Of a stretch of 64,000 bases of DNA, positions 38,533 through 48,498 are shown piece by piece. Position numbers and translations under genes: made by a program. The notes under the pieces were generated by a model that made no database searches, was not told the origin of the DNA, and saw only the letters and a program-made list of their open reading frames with translations. The DNA lies in assembly GCA_945897915.1 (NCBI GenBank), contig CAMDGB010000009.1, positions 41 to 64,040 on the forward strand, in the 5' to 3' direction. Within the stretch, counting starts at the first letter, position 1. The number at the start of each line of letters is the position of its first letter. This DNA is from Chryseobacterium gleum. GTDB lineage: Bacteria > Bacteroidota > Bacteroidia > Flavobacteriales > Flavobacteriaceae.

Positions 38533-40035
38533 ATGAACAAACCCGTTAGAGTACGATTTGCTCCTAGTCCAACAGGACCTTTACATATTGGTGGGGTAAG
38601 AACCGCGCTTTTTAATTATTTATTTGCCAAAAAACATGGCGGAACATTCTATATCAGAATAGAAGACACCGACCAAGCCCGTTTTGTAGCGGAAGCGGAA
38701 GATTATATTTTTGAAGCATTAGAATGGTTGGGAATTTCTCCAGATGAAACGATTGGAAAAAACGAAAAATTTGGACCATACAGACAGTCTGATAGAAAAG
38801 AAATTTACAAGCAATATGCTGATGAATTAATTCAATCTGGTTGGGCATATTATGCTTTTGATACGCCTGAGAAATTGGACGAACTTCGTAAAAATGCTGA
38901 AACGGAAGGAAAAACATTTATATACAATCATACCGTTAGAGAAAAATTAGATACTTCTTTAAATTTTTCTGACGAAATTGTAAAAACCCGAATTGCAAAT
39001 GGAGAACATTTCGTAATTCGTTTTAAAACACCTGTTAACGAAACCTTGCATTTACAAGATATTATTCGTGGCGAAGTACATTTTGATACTAATTTACTTG
39101 ACGATAAAGTCTTGTTTAAATCAGATGGAATGCCAACGTATCATTTGGCAAATATTGTAGATGATCATTTAATGGAAACCTCGCATGTAATAAGAGGTGA
39201 AGAATGGTTGCCTTCTATGCCTTTACACGTGATGCTATACAAGGCGTTTGGTTGGGAAGCTCCAGAATTCGCGCATTTGCCTTTAATTTTAAAACCTATT
39301 GGAAACGGAAAATTAAGCAAACGTGATGGAGATAAATTAGGATTTCCAGTATTCCCTTTAGAATGGAAAACAGCGGAAGGAACCTCGAAAGGGTACAAAG
39401 AAACAGGATTTTTCCCTGAAGCCGTAATTAACTTTTTGGCATTATTGGGTTGGAATGACGGAACAGAACAAGAAATATTTAGTTTAGAAGAACTTATTGA
39501 AAAATTCGATTTAAAACGAATTCATAAATCAGGTGCAAAATTTGATCCAGAAAAAAACAAGTGGTTTAATCATCAATACTTACAAAAACAAACAGATGAA
39601 AGTTTAGCCGAAGCGTTTAAAGTAATCTTAGAAGAAAAAGAAATTTCAACTTCTTTAGATGTTACAAGAGTAGTTACTTCAATTAAAGAACGCGCTAATT
39701 TTATAACAGAGTTATGGGATTTAGCCGATTATTTCTTTATTGCGCCAACGTCTTACGATGAAAAAGCAGCTAAAAACTGGAAAGAAGAAACGCCAGAAAT
39801 AATGAAACAAGTAATTAAGCAATTACAAAATATAGAAGGTTTTACATCAACAAATATTGAAACCCTTTTAAAAGACTGGATGACAACAAATGAAATTGGA
39901 ATGGGTAAAGTAATGCAACCGTTACGATTGAGTTTGGTTGGTGCTTTAAAAGGACCGCATTTGTTTGATATTATAGAATTAATTGGAAAAGAAGAAACAA
40001 CAAGCAGAATTGAAAAAGCAATTGCTTCTTTATAA
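38533..40035 (+). CDS. gltX: Glutamate--tRNA ligase
   Basis: RVRFAPSPTGPLHIGG (HIGH), KLSKR (KMSKS). ATG 38533 follows a TATCTTTG box at 38510-38517; the track's extension from 38479 runs through the repeat array. Confidence 0.97.
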   Translation: MNKPVRVRFAPSPTGPLHIGGVRTALFNYLFAKKHGGTFYIRIEDTDQARFVAEAEDYIFEALEWLGISPDETIGKNEKFGPYRQSDRKEIYKQYADELIQSGWAYYAFDTPEKLDELRKNAETEGKTFIYNHTVREKLDTSLNFSDEIVKTRIANGEHFVIRFKTPVNETLHLQDIIRGEVHFDTNLLDDKVLFKSDGMPTYHLANIVDDHLMETSHVIRGEEWLPSMPLHVMLYKAFGWEAPEFAHLPLILKPIGNGKLSKRDGDKLGFPVFPLEWKTAEGTSKGYKETGFFPEAVINFLALLGWNDGTEQEIFSLEELIEKFDLKRIHKSGAKFDPEKNKWFNHQYLQKQTDESLAEAFKVILEEKEISTSLDVTRVVTSIKERANFITELWDLADYFFIAPTSYDEKAAKNWKEETPEIMKQVIKQLQNIEGFTSTNIETLLKDWMTTNEIGMGKVMQPLRLSLVGALKGPHLFDIIELIGKEETTSRIEKAIASL

Positions 40036-40112
40036 ACAACAATAATAATTGTGCTTCTTGTAACTTTTGCCTAAAAGGCACGTATAACTAGTATAACTTA
40101 AAATTATCACTT

Positions 40113-41087
40113 ATGTCTCCAATTATCATTTCCGTCCTATTTTTAGGATTTTTTGTCTTACTAAGTTCTTTTTTTACCGTAAAGCAACAAACCGCAGTTG
40201 TTATTGAGCGATTTGGAAAATTTACAAGCATTAGAAGTTCGGGGTTGCAATTAAAAATTCCAGTAATAGATAGAATTGCAGGAAGAGTAAACCTCAGAAT
40301 TCAACAATTAGACGTTATTATTGAAACCAAAACAAAAGACAATGTTTTTATTAAAATGAAAGTTTCTGTTCAATTTAATGTAATTCAAAGTAAAGTTTAC
40401 GAAGCGTTTTACAAGCTAGAATATCCTCACGATCAAATTACAGCTTATGTATTTGATGTGGTTCGTGCCGAGGTTCCAAAATTAATTTTAGATGATGTGT
40501 TTTTGAGAAAAGACGACATTGCTATTGCGGTAAAACGTGAATTGAACGAATCGATGACTACTTACGGATACGATATTATCAATACTTTAGTAACGGATAT
40601 TGATCCAGATATTCAAGTAAAAAATGCTATGAATAGAATTAATGCTGCTGATAGAGAAAAAACGGCCGCAGAATTTGAATCTGAAGCACAACGTATCAGA
40701 ATTGTGGCCAAAGCAAAAGCGGAAGCAGAAAGTAAAAAATTACAAGGACAAGGTATTGCAGACCAACGAAGAGAAATTGCGCGTGGTTTGGTAGAAAGTG
40801 TTGAAGTATTAAACAATGTTGGGATCAATTCGCAAGAAGCTTCGGCTTTGATTGTAGTTACGCAACATTATGATACTTTACAAGCTATTGGCGCCGATAC
40901 AAATAGTAACTTAATTTTATTACCAAACTCTCCACAAGCAGGAAGCGATATGTTAAATAATATGGTAGCAAGTTTTACAGCAAGTAACCAAATTGGAGAA
41001 ACCATGAAAAATCAACCAAAACGAATTAAGAAAAAAACCGATCATACATCAACGGATTATAATCCAAGTGATACTAGCGAAGCATAA
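40113..41087 (+). CDS. SPFH/band 7 domain protein
   Basis: N-terminal TM, VIERFGKF, TKTKDNV, coiled-coil AEAE region. Confidence 0.92.
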   Translation: MSPIIISVLFLGFFVLLSSFFTVKQQTAVVIERFGKFTSIRSSGLQLKIPVIDRIAGRVNLRIQQLDVIIETKTKDNVFIKMKVSVQFNVIQSKVYEAFYKLEYPHDQITAYVFDVVRAEVPKLILDDVFLRKDDIAIAVKRELNESMTTYGYDIINTLVTDIDPDIQVKNAMNRINAADREKTAAEFESEAQRIRIVAKAKAEAESKKLQGQGIADQRREIARGLVESVEVLNNVGINSQEASALIVVTQHYDTLQAIGADTNSNLILLPNSPQAGSDMLNNMVASFTASNQIGETMKNQPKRIKKKTDHTSTDYNPSDTSEA

Positions 41088-41097
41088 TAAATGTTAG

Positions 41098-41122
41098 AAT
41101 CTGAAACAAGTTCAGATTGACA
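41098..41122 (-). repeat. REP-like palindrome copy
   Basis: Reverse complement TGTCAATCTGAACTTGTTTCAGATT. Confidence 0.8.
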
Positions 41123-41188
41123 AAACCAAACCATCAATTTTTTAATTGGTGGTTTTTTTATGATGCAAAAACAAAAAAAGAAATAAAA

Positions 41189-41219
41189 AAACCTGCAAGG
41201 AAAAATACTTGCAGGTTTT
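41189..41219. terminator. Hairpin/terminator between SPFH gene and glnS
   Basis: AAACCTGCAAG-GAAAAATA-CTTGCAGGTTT; a second hairpin lies at about 41129-41157. Confidence 0.75.
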
Positions 41220-41230
41220 AAGACTTATTA

Positions 41231-41256
41231 AGATGCTGAAAAAGTTCAGCAAGACA
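41231..41256 (-). repeat. REP-like palindrome copy
   Basis: Reverse complement TGTCTTGCTGAACTTTTTCAGCATCT. Confidence 0.75.
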
Positions 41257-41262
41257 AATGGT

Positions 41263-42945
41263 TTATTGTTCGCTGACTTTTGCCCAAGTATCTCTTAATC
41301 CAACTGTTTTATTAAAAACTAATTTTTCAGCAGAGGAATCTCTGTCTACACAAAAATAACCTAAGCGTTGAAATTGAAAATGTTCTAATTCTTTTGCGGT
41401 TTGTAAACTAGGTTCAACATAACCTGTAATCACTTTTAAAGATTCTGGATTGATGTATTCTTTAAAATCAACCTCTTTGTTGCCGTCTGGGTTTTCGTGA
41501 GTAAAAAGACGGTCGTATAACCTAACTTCCGCTTCAATAGCGTGCGGAATAGAAACCCAATGAATTACTCCTTTTACTTTTCTATTACTAGCTTCTGTGC
41601 CGCTACCTGATTTAGAATCTACATCGTAAGTGCAATGAATTTCGGTAATATTTCCATCGGCGTCTTTTACAACCGATTCTCCTTTTATGATATAGGCGTT
41701 TTTTAAACGTACTTCGGTTCCAAGGGTTAAACGAAAAAATTTATTGTGTGCTTCTTCTTGAAAATCTTCTCTTTCAATATATAATTCTTTAGAAAAAGGC
41801 ACTTCTCTGTATGTCATCACTTCTTCTTCCGGATTATTTTCAGCAGTTAGCCACTCTTCTTTTCCATCGGGATAATTTGTAATAACTAATTTTATTGGAT
41901 TTAAAACCGCCATCACACGAGGTGCTATTTTATTTAAATCTTCACGAATACAGAAATCTAAAAGCGATACATCAATTAAATTGGTTCGTTTTGCAATTCC
42001 GATTGTATTAGCAAAGTTTCGAATTGCTGTAGCTGTTATGCCGCGTCTTCTCATTCCAGAAATAGTACTCATTCTTGGGTCGTCCCAAGAAGATACGAGT
42101 TTTTCTTCTACTAATTGTAATAACTTACGTTTAGAAACAACTGTGTGAGATAAATTTCTACGAGCAAATTCTCTTTGTTTTGGTCGTATTTTGGTTTCAT
42201 CATAAATTTGATTTAGAAACCAATCGTATAATTCTCTATGTGGTAAAAATTCTAACGTACAAAAAGAGTGAGAAATTTGTTCTAAATAATCACTTTCTCC
42301 GTGTGCCCAATCGTACATTGGATAAATACACCAGTCATTGCCAGTACGATGATGGTGCGCATGCATGATACGATAAATAATAGGATCTCGCATTAACATA
42401 TTATTAGCTTTCATACTAATTTTAGCACGTAAAACATGGGTTCCTTTTTCGAATTCACCATTTTTCATGCGTGTAAATAAGTCTAAATTTTCTTCTATAG
42501 AACGCGTTCTAAAAGGCGAATCTGTTCCTGGTGAAGTAGGTGTTCCTTTTTGAATAGCCATATCTTCAGAAGATTGACTGTCAATATAAGCTTTATCTTT
42601 TTTAATTAATTCTACTGCCCAATCGTATAATTGTTGGAAATAATCGGAAGCATAACATTCTTTGTCCCATTTAAAACCCAACCATTCAATATCCTTTTTA
42701 ATAGCGTCAACAAACTCTTGTTCTTCTTTTGAAGGGTTGGTGTCGTCAAAACGCAAATTAACAGGCGCTTTATAATCTATACCTAAACCAAAATTAAGGC
42801 AAATAGCGCTTGCGTGCCCAACATGTAAATATCCGTTAGGTTCTGGAGGAAAACGAAAACGTAATTTATCTGGTGATAAACCGTTTTTTAAATCGTCTTC
42901 TATAATTTGTTCAATAAAATTTAAAGATTTTTCTTCTGCAGACAT
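41263..42945 (-). CDS. glnS: Glutamine--tRNA ligase
   Basis: RFPPEPNGYLHVGH, RFDDTNP, YPMYD, SHSFCTLEF, VSKRKL, FQFQRLGYF. Confidence 0.97.
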   Translation of the reverse strand: MSAEEKSLNFIEQIIEDDLKNGLSPDKLRFRFPPEPNGYLHVGHASAICLNFGLGIDYKAPVNLRFDDTNPSKEEQEFVDAIKKDIEWLGFKWDKECYASDYFQQLYDWAVELIKKDKAYIDSQSSEDMAIQKGTPTSPGTDSPFRTRSIEENLDLFTRMKNGEFEKGTHVLRAKISMKANNMLMRDPIIYRIMHAHHHRTGNDWCIYPMYDWAHGESDYLEQISHSFCTLEFLPHRELYDWFLNQIYDETKIRPKQREFARRNLSHTVVSKRKLLQLVEEKLVSSWDDPRMSTISGMRRRGITATAIRNFANTIGIAKRTNLIDVSLLDFCIREDLNKIAPRVMAVLNPIKLVITNYPDGKEEWLTAENNPEEEVMTYREVPFSKELYIEREDFQEEAHNKFFRLTLGTEVRLKNAYIIKGESVVKDADGNITEIHCTYDVDSKSGSGTEASNRKVKGVIHWVSIPHAIEAEVRLYDRLFTHENPDGNKEVDFKEYINPESLKVITGYVEPSLQTAKELEHFQFQRLGYFCVDRDSSAEKLVFNKTVGLRDTWAKVSEQ

Positions 42946-43036
42946 TGTTTTTTTTTACTTTTGACAAAGATAAAAAAGTTTATGGTTAATAGTTAAATGT
43001 TGACGCAACTTTTATAAAACAATAAACAGATTAATT

Positions 43037-43399
43037 ATGGGAATCATAAAATTAACTAATATTAGAACATTTTCATACCACGGATGTTTGGAAGAAGAAG
43101 CAAAAATTGGAAGTAATTATAGGGTAGATTTAACTATTAAAACTAATTTAAAAACATCTGCACAAACTGACGAACTTCATGATACGGTAGATTATGTAGA
43201 TTTAAATAGAATTGTGGTAGAAGAAATGGCAATACGCGCCAAACTTTTGGAACATGTGGCGCAAAGAATTATAAACAGGGTTTTAAAAGAATTACTTTCT
43301 GTTTTAAAAATTGAAATTCAAATTACTAAATTAAACCCTCCAATTGGTGGCGATGTTGAAGGCGTTACTATAATTATGAATGAAAAAAGAAAGTTTTAA
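43037..43399 (+). CDS. folB: Dihydroneopterin aldolase
   Basis: YHGCLEEE, TVDY, LLEHVA, KLNPPI. Confidence 0.95.
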   Translation: MGIIKLTNIRTFSYHGCLEEEAKIGSNYRVDLTIKTNLKTSAQTDELHDTVDYVDLNRIVVEEMAIRAKLLEHVAQRIINRVLKELLSVLKIEIQITKLNPPIGGDVEGVTIIMNEKRKF

Positions 43400-43432
43400 G
43401 AAAAAAGATAATAGAATTTAAACTATTTGGGT

Positions 43433-43464
43433 TTTGCGTTTTGAAGTTTTTATATCTATATTTG
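43433..43464 (+). promoter_or_regulatory. Bacteroidota sigma-70 promoter for tRNA-Cys
   Basis: TTTG (43433-43436) N20 TATATTTG (43457-43464). Confidence 0.75.
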
Positions 43465-43476
43465 CAATCCAATGAT

Positions 43477-43547
43477 GGCGTCGTGGCCGAGCGGCTAGGC
43501 ACCGGTCTGCAAAACCGTCTACTCCGGTTCGAATCCGGACGATGCCT
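43477..43547 (+). tRNA. tRNA-Cys (GCA)
   Basis: Acceptor stem GGCGTCG/CGATGCC, anticodon loop CTGCAAA, T-loop GGTTCGAATCC; CCA not encoded. Confidence 0.95.
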
Positions 43548-43550
43548 CTG

Positions 43551-43584
43551 AAAGAGTTACTTGAAAAAGTAGCTCTTTTTTTTT
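43551..43584 (+). terminator. tRNA-Cys terminator
   Basis: AAAGAGTTAC-TTGAAAAA-GTAGCTCTTT plus T run. Confidence 0.85.
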
Positions 43585-43614
43585 AAAAATTTAAAAAAAG
43601 TAAGTAAAGTTATA

Positions 43615-43657
43615 GTTCGAATCCGCTGGGAATTAAAAAAGAGTTACTTGAAAAAGT
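43615..43657 (+). repeat. Degenerate direct repeat of tRNA-Cys T-arm and terminator 5' arm
   Basis: GTTCGAATCCG (43527/43615) and AAAGAGTTACTTGAAAAAGT (43551/43638) both recur with near-identical spacing. Confidence 0.75.
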
Positions 43658-43678
43658 TTTTTTGTGGTTTTAGTGTAA

Positions 43679-44365
43679 TTACTTCACTACTTGTTCTATT
43701 CCTAATTTTTTATTTACAATATTTTTGCTTTTTGGAAAAAGCCCTTGTAAGATAAAAAACACGCCAAAAATTAAAATTACAATACTTATAATTCTTTTAA
43801 TTTTATAGATGTTATTTGGAGTTAATTTATTTTTTAATTGCTTAGCTAATAGTATTTTATAAATATCAATTAGTAAATAAAACACTAAAACTGAAGTAAA
43901 AAAAACAAAAATTCGCAACGGATTCATATCTAGTTTTGGCCCATGAGTAATAATAATCATCATCCAAAAACCCAGAACTCCAATATTAATAATATTTAAA
44001 AAAATACCTTTAAAAAACAGCCCTAAATAATTATTTCTCTGAATATCTTCATCTTCATCATCTTCAATTTTTTCATTATATTTTTTCTTTAGTTGAATAT
44101 AAGAAATCAATCCATAAATAGACATTATAATTCCTCCAATAATATATAAAACAGGATTATCTTTTAATTGTGAAAGTATTTGATTGGTAGCAAAATAAGC
44201 AATTAGTATAAAAATAATATCACTAAAAACAATTCCTAAATCTAAAGTAAAAGCGGCTTTAAATCCTTTTGTAATACTGGTTTCAAGTATCATAAAAAAA
44301 CCAGGACCTATTGAAATGGCTAATAAAAATGCCCAAGGAATAGCTAATAATATATCGTGAATCAT
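43679..44365 (-). CDS. LysE-family translocator
   Basis: SIGPGFF, GFKAAF...GIVFSD, multi-TM. Confidence 0.85.
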   Translation of the reverse strand: MIHDILLAIPWAFLLAISIGPGFFMILETSITKGFKAAFTLDLGIVFSDIIFILIAYFATNQILSQLKDNPVLYIIGGIIMSIYGLISYIQLKKKYNEKIEDDEDEDIQRNNYLGLFFKGIFLNIINIGVLGFWMMIIITHGPKLDMNPLRIFVFFTSVLVFYLLIDIYKILLAKQLKNKLTPNNIYKIKRIISIVILIFGVFFILQGLFPKSKNIVNKKLGIEQVVK

Positions 44366-44457
44366 TAATTTTTTATAATTTTATAAGGATTGGTAAACGA
44401 ACTATCTTAAATGTAAAAATACAAATTTAAAAATTCATAAAAAACTTGTAACTAAAT

Positions 44458-45126
44458 TTATTTTGCTTGAATAATTTTTCCGCCAGCAACCGTTTTTTGA
44501 TTGGTTTGTTTTGGATTACCGTAAATAGTAATTGATCCGCCTGCTCGGGTTTTGGCATCAACTATATCTGTAGCGTTTACATTTGCAATTCCGCCGGCGT
44601 TTACAGTAACTGACGTTTGTTGCGTAATACAGTCCTGCCCGTCATATTTAGCGCCAGAATTAGCTAAAATATCCTGGTTTTTTACCGTTCCTTTCACGGT
44701 AATAATACTTCCAGCATCACAACGAACTTTTAATTTATCTGCTATAAGATTATTTAAAACAATTTCTGCGCCTTCTTTGGTAATAATATCAAAACCAATC
44801 GCGTTAATTTCCGTATCACAAGAAATTCTACTACCTTCATTGGCTTCTAAAGCATTTAATTTTTTATAATAAACCGTTGCTGAAACATCGTCACCAGCTA
44901 ATATTTTATCAAAAGGTAAACGTAGTTTTAACTCACCGTTATTGTTTATTAATTCTACTTCTTCAGAATTAGCGCCTTTTAAAATTACTTTATTTTCAGC
45001 ACCTGAAATCAACACTACTTCTATTTTATCAAAAGACGTCACTTTATTGAAATCTCCAATAAATCTTTCTGTTTGTGCGAAAGTTATTGTACTGATTAAC
45101 AATAAGGAATAAATTATTTTTTTCAT
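44458..45126 (-). CDS. GIN/DUF2807 beta-helix secreted protein
   Basis: Signal peptide, GDFNKV, repetitive G/A/S-rich beta-strands, YGNP near the C-terminus. Confidence 0.8.
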   Translation of the reverse strand: MKKIIYSLLLISTITFAQTERFIGDFNKVTSFDKIEVVLISGAENKVILKGANSEEVELINNNGELKLRLPFDKILAGDDVSATVYYKKLNALEANEGSRISCDTEINAIGFDIITKEGAEIVLNNLIADKLKVRCDAGSIITVKGTVKNQDILANSGAKYDGQDCITQQTSVTVNAGGIANVNATDIVDAKTRAGGSITIYGNPKQTNQKTVAGGKIIQAK

Positions 45127-45133
45127 AATTTTT

Positions 45134-47311
45134 TTATTTATTTTCTCTTACAAAATGAAAATCCAATTGTTTTTTTACTAAATCGGCGTTTTTTACTTTA
45201 ACGTAAACTTCGTCTCCTAATTGTATTAAATTTTTAGAAACTTCACCAACAAGTGCATATTGTTTATCATCAAAAATATAATAATCGTCTTTAATTTCTC
45301 TAATTCGCACCATCCCTTCACATTTATTTTCTATAATTTCTACATAAATTCCCCATTCGGTAACGCCAGAAACTACACCTAAAAATTCTTGATCTTTATG
45401 GTCTTGCATGTATTTCACTTGCATATATTTTACAGAATCTCTTTCTGCTTTTGCGGCTAAAATTTCTCTGTCAGACGAATGCATACATTTTTCTTCAAAA
45501 ACTTCTTCGCTTACACTTTTACCTCCATCTAAATAAAATTGTAGTAACCGGTGTGCCATCACATCTGGATAACGACGAATTGGTGAAGTAAAATGGGAAT
45601 AATAATCAAATGCTAAGCCGTAATGACCAATATTATCTGTAGAATATACAGCTTTACTCATACAACGAATGGTAAGTGTGTCTACCATATTTTGTTCTTT
45701 TTTTCCTTGAACGTCTTCTAATAATTTATTCAACGAAGTGGAAATATCTTGTTTAGATTTTAAATTTAAACTGTATCCGAACTTAGAAATTACATTTTGT
45801 AAACCAAATAATTTATCTTCATTTGGTTCATCATGAATTCTGTAAATAAAAGTTTTCTTTTGTTTTCCTATAAATTCAGCCACTTTTCTATTGGCTAATA
45901 ACATAAATTCTTCAATTAAATAATTAGCATCTTTGCTTTGCTTAAAATACACACCAACAGGTTCAGCGTTTTCATTTAAATTGAATTTAACTTCTACTTT
46001 ATCAAAAGAAATAGCACCGGCATTCATTCTTTTTCTTCGAAGAATTTTTGCTAATTCTTGCATTTGTAAAGTAGCTGCTACAATTGGTTTTGGTGCATGA
46101 TATTCTTTTCCGGTTAATGAAATATGCGATGGAATTATATCTGATTTACTTTCTATAATTTCTTGTGCTTCTTCATAAGAAAATCGTTGATCTGAATATA
46201 TTATAGTTCTTCCAAACCAAGAATCAACAACTTCTGCTTTATTATTTAATTGAAAAATAGCGGAAAATGTATATTTTTCTTCATTTGGTCGAAGTGAACA
46301 CGCAAAATTTGATAATACTTCTGGTAACATAGGTACAACTCTATCCACTAAATATACAGAAGTAGCTCTATCATAAGCTTCATTATCTAAAATTGTACCT
46401 TCTTGTAAATAATGAGAAACATCAGCAATATGTACACCAATTTCAAAATTTCCATTTGGTAATACTTGAAAGGACAGAGCATCATCAAAATCTTTTGCAT
46501 CTTTTGGATCAATTGTAAATGTTAAGATATTTCGCATATCTCTTCGTTTTGCAATTTCTTCTTCTGTAATTGAAGTATCTATTTGATTTGCATAAGTTTC
46601 TACTTCGATAGGAAAATCGTATGGTAAACCATATTCAGCTAAAATAGCATGAATTTCTGTATTATGTTCTCCAGGTTTTCCTAAAACTTTAATTACTTTT
46701 CCAAATGGGGAATCGGCTTTTTTTGGCCAATCGACCATCGAAACCAACACTACATCACCATGTTCTGCATCAAGAATTTCATTTTTAGGAATAAAAATAT
46801 CTGTGTACATTTTAGCATTTGTCGTGGTAACAAAACCAAAATTTTTCTGAATATCAATAACCCCAACAAATTCTGTTTTAGCTCTTTCTAAAATTTCTAA
46901 AACTTCTGCTTCTGGTTTTCTAGAACTTCTTCTATTGTAAATATAACACCTTACTTTATCGCCATCTAAAGCATGATTTAAATTTATAAAAGGAATATAT
47001 ACATCATCTTCCAATTCAGAACAAACAAAATATCCAGATTTACGAGTTGTCATATCTACAGTTCCTTCGTAATATTCTGCTTTTGAAATTATCTTGAATT
47101 TACCGCGTTCGGTTTCTTCAATTTTACCCGCTTTTTCTAAAATTTTTAATTCTTTAATTATTTCATTTCTACTTTGTGTATCATTAACTTCAATTATTGC
47201 AGCAATTTGTTTGTAATTAAAGTCTTTTGTAGGTTCCTTTGATAGTATTTTATATACGTGAGCCGAAAAATCTTTGGCTTTTTTTGTCATTTTTCTAAAA
47301 TTGTTTTTCAT
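45134..47311 (-). CDS. rnr: Ribonuclease R
   Basis: TFTIDPKDAKDFDDALS, HFTSPIRRYPD, CSD and S1 domains. Confidence 0.97.
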   Translation of the reverse strand: MKNNFRKMTKKAKDFSAHVYKILSKEPTKDFNYKQIAAIIEVNDTQSRNEIIKELKILEKAGKIEETERGKFKIISKAEYYEGTVDMTTRKSGYFVCSELEDDVYIPFINLNHALDGDKVRCYIYNRRSSRKPEAEVLEILERAKTEFVGVIDIQKNFGFVTTTNAKMYTDIFIPKNEILDAEHGDVVLVSMVDWPKKADSPFGKVIKVLGKPGEHNTEIHAILAEYGLPYDFPIEVETYANQIDTSITEEEIAKRRDMRNILTFTIDPKDAKDFDDALSFQVLPNGNFEIGVHIADVSHYLQEGTILDNEAYDRATSVYLVDRVVPMLPEVLSNFACSLRPNEEKYTFSAIFQLNNKAEVVDSWFGRTIIYSDQRFSYEEAQEIIESKSDIIPSHISLTGKEYHAPKPIVAATLQMQELAKILRRKRMNAGAISFDKVEVKFNLNENAEPVGVYFKQSKDANYLIEEFMLLANRKVAEFIGKQKKTFIYRIHDEPNEDKLFGLQNVISKFGYSLNLKSKQDISTSLNKLLEDVQGKKEQNMVDTLTIRCMSKAVYSTDNIGHYGLAFDYYSHFTSPIRRYPDVMAHRLLQFYLDGGKSVSEEVFEEKCMHSSDREILAAKAERDSVKYMQVKYMQDHKDQEFLGVVSGVTEWGIYVEIIENKCEGMVRIREIKDDYYIFDDKQYALVGEVSKNLIQLGDEVYVKVKNADLVKKQLDFHFVRENK

Positions 47312-47995
47312 TTTTATTCTTAATATTCATTAAAAGTACAAAGAAGAAATTAGAAATAAGAATTAAGTAGTAAGATTTAATAAAATTTTAATATTCTATA
47401 AAAACAATAGTTTTCAACATATATTAAAAACAACAAAAAAAGATTTTAATTAAATTTAAATTATTGATGGTTATTATAGCGTGTTAATATGTAGTATAAT
47501 ATTATTTTTAAATATTGTTTTTAAAATTTATAGATAGTTATACAAAGTAATAAACAATGTAAATTTATTGTAAAGTATTCTTTTCTAATGCTTTTAAATT
47601 TTATTTTTAAATATTATCAACACATGTTAAAATCTGAATCTAATAGTTTTTTGTACATAACTAAGTTTTGCTTTTTTGTTGATAACCTTTAAAAAACTAT
47701 TCATAAAAAAACAATAAGATGTAATAACTAAATTTTGATTTTAAATTTAAGATTTGCATTACGTTTTTTGTTTTTATAAAAAAAAAAACTTGTTATTTTC
47801 TATCTTTAGTTATGAACAAGTAATATTAAATTAACATTAACTGATTATCAATCAATTACATTATTTTATTAACATTGGTGTTTTTTGCATTAATTACATA
47901 GCAAAAAAGAAAAAATAATAATTACAAATTTACTTTACGAAACGCTACATATTGATTATTTTTGTAAAACGATATTAACAACTCAATACACAATT
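47312..47995. other. Candidate chromosomal replication origin (oriC)
   Basis: 684-bp gene-free, very AT-rich interval with TTATCAACA at 47614 and its reverse at 47677, TTATGAACA 47810, TTATTAACA 47866, TTTTCAACA 47411; gene orientation switches here; parS cluster and mnmG 13-15 kb away. Confidence 0.65.
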
Positions 47996-48427
47996 ATGAC
48001 AATCTCAATTGGTAATGACCACGCGGGTCCAGATTATAAAACAGCAATAGTCGACTACTTAGAGTCTAACGGACATGTAGTTATTAACCACGGAACAAAT
48101 ACTTTTGAAAGTGTAGATTATCCAGATTTTGGTCATGCTGTTGCTTATGATGTTGAAAGTAAAAAAGCTGATTTTGGAATTGTAATTTGTGGCTCTGGAA
48201 ACGGAATTGCCATGACAGTAAACAAACACCAAGATGTTCGTGCCGCTTTATGTTGGACTAAAGAAATTGCTACTTTAGCGCGTCAGCATAACGATGCGAA
48301 TATTATTTCTATTCCGGCGCGTTATACATCTATTCAACAAGCAGCGGAAATGGTTACTACTTTCTTAGATACAAAATTTGAAGGCGGAAGACACGCAAAT
48401 AGAGTTAATAAAATCGCTTGTAAATAA
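47996..48427 (+). CDS. rpiB: Ribose-5-phosphate isomerase B
   Basis: GNDHAG, SVDYPD, ICGSGNG, ARQHNDAN, FEGGRH. Confidence 0.96.
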   Translation: MTISIGNDHAGPDYKTAIVDYLESNGHVVINHGTNTFESVDYPDFGHAVAYDVESKKADFGIVICGSGNGIAMTVNKHQDVRAALCWTKEIATLARQHNDANIISIPARYTSIQQAAEMVTTFLDTKFEGGRHANRVNKIACK

Positions 48428-48451
48428 TATTTTTAAAACATTACTTTTATG

Positions 48452-48475
48452 AATTCCGTCACCAGTGGCGGAATT
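48452..48475 (+). terminator. Hairpin after rpiB
   Basis: AATTCCGTCAC-CA-GTGGCGGAATT. Confidence 0.7.
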
Positions 48476-48498
48476 TATATTTTATATTAGTTTTCACA

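Noticed and set aside
39640-39666. GluRS segment ISTSLDVT resembling, from memory, the translation of another Flavobacterium REP family
   Set aside because: No intact copy of such a repeat in the window and the DNA is not palindromic; cannot be supported without an alignment.
10011-43584. Similarity between the wzb/wzc terminator and the tRNA-Cys terminator (AAAGAG(C/T)TAC...GTAGCTCTTT)
   Set aside because: Only a 10-bp stem is shared; two instances are not enough to call a repeat family.
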